This document shows, piece by piece, positions 59,730 to 64,000 of a stretch of DNA of 64,000 nt. Both the position numbers and the translations under genes were made by a program. The stretch is taken from the sequence record NZ_CP103154.1. One strand, 5' to 3'. The notes below the pieces were generated by a model. It was not told the origin of the DNA. It saw nothing but the letters and a program-made list of their open reading frames with translations, and did no database searches. Positions within the stretch are counted from its first letter, which is position 1; each line of letters starts with the position of its first letter. This stretch comes from a plasmid.

Positions 59730-60368
59730 TCAGCTACTAATGAAGTCTTTTTTTACTTGTTGTATCGTCGAAACGGCCTTTCCCGTGAGCTTCGCCACGT
59801 TCCGGATCGAGTAGCCTTTCTTTAACAAGGCGATCGCCTCCCGGTATTCCTCTTTCCTCTGTTCGGCCGTTTTCCGGCTTCCCGGCTTCCGTCCCAGCCT
59901 GCCCCCTTTCTGGATGTACAACTCCCGTCCGCTATTAAGGCGGTCGATGATCCCCTGGCGTTCGATCGCGGCCAGTTCCCCCAACAGGGTAGTGATCAGA
60001 GAGGACAAGGGGTTTACCGTCTTGTCCGGCCGTAACGTTTCCAGGTTCAGGTTTTGAATATACACGCATATTTTATGCGTGTGCAGCGTATCGAGTGACT
60101 TTAGGATCTCCAGGGTTGAACGCCCCAGGCGTGAGATCTCGGTCAGCAACAACATATCCACCCGGTTCTGCGGATCTGTGCAGTATTCCAGGCAACGGCT
60201 TAAAACCGGGCGTTCGATATTGGCCTTTCGTCCGCTTATCTTTTCCTCAAAGACCGCCGTCACCTCGTACCCCCGTCCGGCTGCGAACCTCTCCAGATCG
60301 ACAACCTGCCGTTCGGTCGATTGCCTGGCCGACTGCGAGCTTACACGTGAATAAATAACCACATTCAT
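59730..60368 (-). CDS. serine recombinase (resolvase family)
   Basis: MNVVIYSRVSSQSARQSTERQ catalytic N-terminus and C-terminal HTH; 212 aa. Confidence 0.8.
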   Translation of the reverse strand: MNVVIYSRVSSQSARQSTERQVVDLERFAAGRGYEVTAVFEEKISGRKANIERPVLSRCLEYCTDPQNRVDMLLLTEISRLGRSTLEILKSLDTLHTHKICVYIQNLNLETLRPDKTVNPLSSLITTLLGELAAIERQGIIDRLNSGRELYIQKGGRLGRKPGSRKTAEQRKEEYREAIALLKKGYSIRNVAKLTGKAVSTIQQVKKDFISS

Positions 60369-60609
60369 CCCTTTTGCTTTTGTTCTTCCTTATCTATTGT
60401 TTTAATCACCTTATCCACCTCTTTCAAGGAGGCATTATTTCCGGATCTATCCAAAAAAGAAATTCGCTAATTAACCTATAATTACTATCTTTGCATTGTA
60501 ATGCTTGGTAAAGCCTCTGTTATCAAAACACGTAACCAAGTCAAGGATATACCCGTTCATCAAGAACGGGTTTTTCTTTTGCGACAGCCCATTCATAAGA
60601 CAAAGGATA

Positions 60610-61446
60610 TTATAACAGGTCAGTAATCACAGCCGCCGGAATATCCAGCTTTGAGAAAGCGAACATCTTTTTCCCCAGATCCTTTAACGAGGCTCCGATA
60701 TGGTACACGTCCGTTTCATCAACGATCAGGAAACGGTCGTGACTGTCCCGGTACGTCCTGATGTCGATAGGTGGGTACTGGCTGTTATGCCTGTCAAGAT
60801 CAAGTTGGAGTTGCTGCGTGATACGCTGGGTGTAAATGGTGGCCGAGACACCGACGCTGCGTTTACTCAACATGAGCAAGACCGTTTCGTCCACATAGTT
60901 GTCGATAAGCACGATCGAACGCCTGGCCGACTTTACCAGATCGGTAGCGAACTTGTACGCATCGAAAATCTGGCCGTTATAAAAAATGCCTTCGACCGGG
61001 GGCAAGGCAGTACGCACAAAAAAATCTATCTTCTCGGTATGTTGAGCGACAGTCCTTTCAAGTTCTGACAAACGTTTATTAATGGAATACCCTTTTAAAA
61101 GATAGTCCTTTAAAACCTTATTCGCCCATTGCCTAAATAAAATACCTCTTTTACTATTGACACGAAACCCAATGGATATGATCGCATCCAAATTGTAATA
61201 AGTCAGATTGCGCATCACTTGCCGTTTGCCTTCCTGTCGAACTGTTCGGAAATCCCGAACAGTTGAACTTTCCTCTAATTCTTTCTGATCATATATGTTT
61301 TTTATATGCTCGCTTATATTTGCTTTGCTGGATTGAAAAAGATCCACAATTTGCGCCTGTGTCAGCCAAACGGTTTCATCTTCCAGCCTCACTTCCAACC
61401 TGACCGCTTCATCCGGCTGGTATAATATGATTTCTCCCTGTTCCAT
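60610..61446 (-). CDS. rhuM: RhuM-family protein
   Basis: MEQGEIILYQPDEAVRLEVRLEDETVWLTQAQIVDLFQ N-terminus characteristic of the RhuM family; 278 aa. Confidence 0.7.
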   Translation of the reverse strand: MEQGEIILYQPDEAVRLEVRLEDETVWLTQAQIVDLFQSSKANISEHIKNIYDQKELEESSTVRDFRTVRQEGKRQVMRNLTYYNLDAIISIGFRVNSKRGILFRQWANKVLKDYLLKGYSINKRLSELERTVAQHTEKIDFFVRTALPPVEGIFYNGQIFDAYKFATDLVKSARRSIVLIDNYVDETVLLMLSKRSVGVSATIYTQRITQQLQLDLDRHNSQYPPIDIRTYRDSHDRFLIVDETDVYHIGASLKDLGKKMFAFSKLDIPAAVITDLL

Positions 61447-61449
61447 TAC

Positions 61450-61779
61450 TTATTTACCTTTTCTTAATTCATCAAGCCTCTGCATCGCACCGCTGAACTT
61501 CTCACTAAACATCATATCATCGGGCAAAACAAACCAGGTGGGAATACCTCTCGACTGTGGATTACCTATACATTCATCTTGCCCGTTCTGTTTGCGGTAA
61601 TCGTCCCATTCACTATAAGCGATGTTCCAACGAATACCTAATTTATAGGTATTTTCCCATTTAATAATAGCCAGTGAATAGGCCGGATCATCTTTGCCGT
61701 CATAAATCACTTCTACAACTTCAACCACCCCTTTAGGGGAATTTATAAACTTCGGATTTTTATACGAATAAGTGCTCAT
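61450..61779 (-). CDS. hypothetical protein
   Basis: 109-aa ORF. Confidence 0.45.
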   Translation of the reverse strand: MSTYSYKNPKFINSPKGVVEVVEVIYDGKDDPAYSLAIIKWENTYKLGIRWNIAYSEWDDYRKQNGQDECIGNPQSRGIPTWFVLPDDMMFSEKFSGAMQRLDELRKGK

Positions 61780-62065
61780 GTCTTTTATTTTTTATTCATA
61801 GCACACAAAGATACTCAAAACAAATATATACATATATACATACGTATGATTAACGTATAAAAACATTTATGGTTATTCTAATCTTTGATTAATTCCGGTA
61901 CAGAAACAAAACGTACCGAAAGACGGAAACAGGATTTATTTCGGTACGCTTCCCCGATCGGTACAAAAAACACGCAAAAAACGAAAATACTACTTTTAGT
62001 CTTTTAGTATATTAGTATTTTGACTATATGTTGCGGACATGACAACCATTTAAAAAACTGAATTT

Positions 62066-62824
62066 ATGAGCAAAGCAAAAGTAATCTCCGTATTGAATCA
62101 CAAGGGGGGAGTAGGAAAGACCACAACCACGATCAACCTGGGCGGTGCGTTACGTCAAAAAGGGTACAAGGTTCTTTTGATCGACCTTGACGGGCAGGCC
62201 AACCTGACCGAATCGCTGGGCTTCTCTGCGGAGCTTCCCCAAACGATCTACGGTGCGATGAAAGGCGAATACGACCTGCCGATCTACGAGCATAAGGACG
62301 GCCTTAGCGTCGTTCCCTCCTGCCTGGATCTCTCGGCCGTTGAAACGGAGTTAATCAACGAGGCCGGACGGGAGCTTATCTTAGCCCACCTTATCAAGGG
62401 CCAAAAGGAGAAATTCGATTATATCCTGATCGACTGTCCCCCCTCGCTGTCGCTGCTCACGCTTAACGCACTGACGGCCTCGGATCGGTTGATTATCCCG
62501 GTTCAGGCTCAATTCCTGGCAATGCGTGGAATGGCCAAACTTATGCAGGTCGTCCACAAGGTGCAGCAACGTTTGAACTCGGATCTTTCGATAGCCGGGG
62601 TTCTGATAACCCAGTACGACGGAAGAAAGAACCTGAACAAGAGCGTTTCGGAACTGGTACAGGAAACATTCCAGGGCAAAGTGTTCAGCACCCATATACG
62701 CAACGCCATTACGCTGGCCGAAGCCCCGACACAAGGGCAGGATATTTTTCACTATGCCCCCAAATCTGCCGGGGCAGAGGACTACGAAAAGGTATGTAAC
62801 GAACTGCTAACAGAAATAAAGTAA
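62066..62824 (+). CDS. parA: ParA/Soj-family partition ATPase
   Basis: Deviant Walker A NHKGGVGKTTTT; 252 aa. Confidence 0.85.
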   Translation: MSKAKVISVLNHKGGVGKTTTTINLGGALRQKGYKVLLIDLDGQANLTESLGFSAELPQTIYGAMKGEYDLPIYEHKDGLSVVPSCLDLSAVETELINEAGRELILAHLIKGQKEKFDYILIDCPPSLSLLTLNALTASDRLIIPVQAQFLAMRGMAKLMQVVHKVQQRLNSDLSIAGVLITQYDGRKNLNKSVSELVQETFQGKVFSTHIRNAITLAEAPTQGQDIFHYAPKSAGAEDYEKVCNELLTEIK

Positions 62825-62828
62825 CCAT

Positions 62829-63086
62829 ATGGCAAAGAAGAACGATTTAAAAAACAGTATGTCGGCCGGGCTGACCGGGGGATTAGACAGCCTGATCCAA
62901 TCCACGGCCGGGCAAAAAGAGGCTCAAAAGCCGAAGAAAGCGAAAACCGTGCATTGTAATTTTGTCATGGACGAAACCTATCACCAGAACTTAAAGCTGA
63001 TCGCGATCCGCAAAGGCGATTCGCTAAAATCGGTATTGCAAGAGGCTATATCTGACTACTTGGATAAAAACAGTTCCCTGCTATAA
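62829..63086 (+). CDS. small partition/centromere-binding protein (ParG- or ribbon-helix-helix-like) partner of ParA
   Basis: 85 aa directly downstream of parA; disordered N-terminus and C-terminal helical segment. Confidence 0.5.
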   Translation: MAKKNDLKNSMSAGLTGGLDSLIQSTAGQKEAQKPKKAKTVHCNFVMDETYHQNLKLIAIRKGDSLKSVLQEAISDYLDKNSSLL

Positions 63087-63274
63087 CAGCGTATCGGGAA
63101 TATACAGGGCAAACACTCCACAAAAGAAATTCTCCAGGAAAAAGGTACGCAAAAAGCACCCCTACACATCAAAAAGTATATTGAAAATGCGATTCCCTAT
63201 AAAGAACCCGTTGGCGGGATTAATCTTGCGTATGTTTAACCTGCCAACGGGTACGATATTGATAAACTTTTTGT

Positions 63275-64000
63275 TTAAGGTTTAACGTTTACGTTGCTAT
63301 TTGCATCAACCCAGCCTGTTGTCTCTGCATCAAACTGGATCGGATTCAACACAGCCTCTCCCTGATCAGTATAACCACCACCGAAAATCAACGTGTAGAT
63401 ATGACGCTTGCCCGCTACCCATGTATCTCCGAACGGAACATAAATTGTTCCGTAACTATCTGCTGAACCCAACAGATAACCTCCGGACTGCTGGATTTTG
63501 CAGGTGATCGACAGGTAACATTGATGCGCACCGTCGGCTTTTATCTTGGTATTGGTGGCTTCTTCGGAAACTTTCCATGCTGTCAGCTTCTGTGGTATAT
63601 TCAGCATAGGAGTTTTTTCGGAAATATCGGTAGCTGTGGTATTACTATTGACCTCGATGAATTTGCCTTGCACTACGGTAATAAAACCTCCTCCTGTAGA
63701 GCTTTCAGGCCAATCACCCACAGCCCAACTTCCCGTTCCATCGGCTGTCGCAGGCAATGTGTAGACGCCGCCCATTTTTACATTAAAAATCTTGATGTCC
63801 TTTATATTCACCTGCATGTTATCGTATTCGGTCTTTGCTTTGAATACGACCTGTGACAGAATATGCTTGAAGTTAAATTTCACTACTCCGTTGTTCTTGT
63901 CTTTTGTCTGGCCTTTGGCTATGGCATACATCACGTCGTAGTTTTCATGAGCATTGATACCAGATCCATACTCATCGGAGCAGGAATAAGTTATCTTTTG
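63275..64000 (-). CDS. fimbrillin-family (FimA/Mfa-like) protein, partial; reading frame continues past the window end
   Basis: The frame stays open from 63934 to 64000 (…QKITYSCSDEYGSGINAHENYDVMYAIAKG…); Bacteroidales fimbrillin-like composition and motifs. Confidence 0.45.
   Translation of the reverse strand, partial: QKITYSCSDEYGSGINAHENYDVMYAIAKGQTKDKNNGVVKFNFKHILSQVVFKAKTEYDNMQVNIKDIKIFNVKMGGVYTLPATADGTGSWAVGDWPESSTGGGFITVVQGKFIEVNSNTTATDISEKTPMLNIPQKLTAWKVSEEATNTKIKADGAHQCYLSITCKIQQSGGYLLGSADSYGTIYVPFGDTWVAGKRHIYTLIFGGGYTDQGEAVLNPIQFDAETTGWVDANSNVNVKP

Noticed and set aside
1-64000. tRNA, rRNA or tmRNA genes, and a tyrosine integrase or att site defining element ends
   Set aside because: I found no tRNA-like cloverleaf signatures (no GGTTCGA-type T-arm motifs) and no rRNA. 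No tyrosine recombinase is present in this window, so element boundaries and an integration site cannot be called from this sequence.

Overview
Mosaic mobile-element DNA, most consistent with a large conjugative plasmid or ICE of a Bacteroidales (Bacteroides/Parabacteroides-like) host.

- **1-4.2 kb, flank:** a ManC-like mannose-1-phosphate guanylyltransferase plus hypothetical genes.
- **4.3-27.5 kb, mob/tra backbone:** MobA (MobC-family) and a relaxase reading away from an AT-rich, inverted-repeat-rich candidate oriT. Then traA (ParA-like), traB, an iteron array with an iteron-associated protein, a Crp-like regulator, traE/F, traG (VirB4-like) and traI/J/K/M/N. Then ArdC-like antirestriction, an SSB-like protein, a VirD4-like coupling protein and a toprim protein.
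- **27.6-48 kb, accessory island:** SSB, a PcfJ/PcfK-like pair, hipBA, mazEF, HU, a SLOG+PRTase pair, a truncated N6-MTase-like protein and an IS4-family IS. Genes are mostly on the minus strand.
- **Repeat module in the island:** a near-identical ~685-bp noncoding module occurs three times plus partial variants, each abutting the start of an operon. Covariation supports conserved secondary structure; this is the best candidate here for an undescribed element.
- **48-64 kb:** RadC, a second iteron array with a paralogous iteron-associated protein, a decayed IS1380-like transposase and a second MobC+relaxase pair. Cargo is mosaic: an AraC pseudogene, an AKR fragment, an intact AraC, an MBL hydrolase, a DUF5131 protein, a SplB-like radical SAM protein and a histidine-kinase fragment. 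Then two RhuM+serine-recombinase modules, ParA/ParG-like partition genes and the start of a fimbrillin-like gene that runs off the window.

All protein calls rest on motifs I recognise in the translations; no database search was possible.
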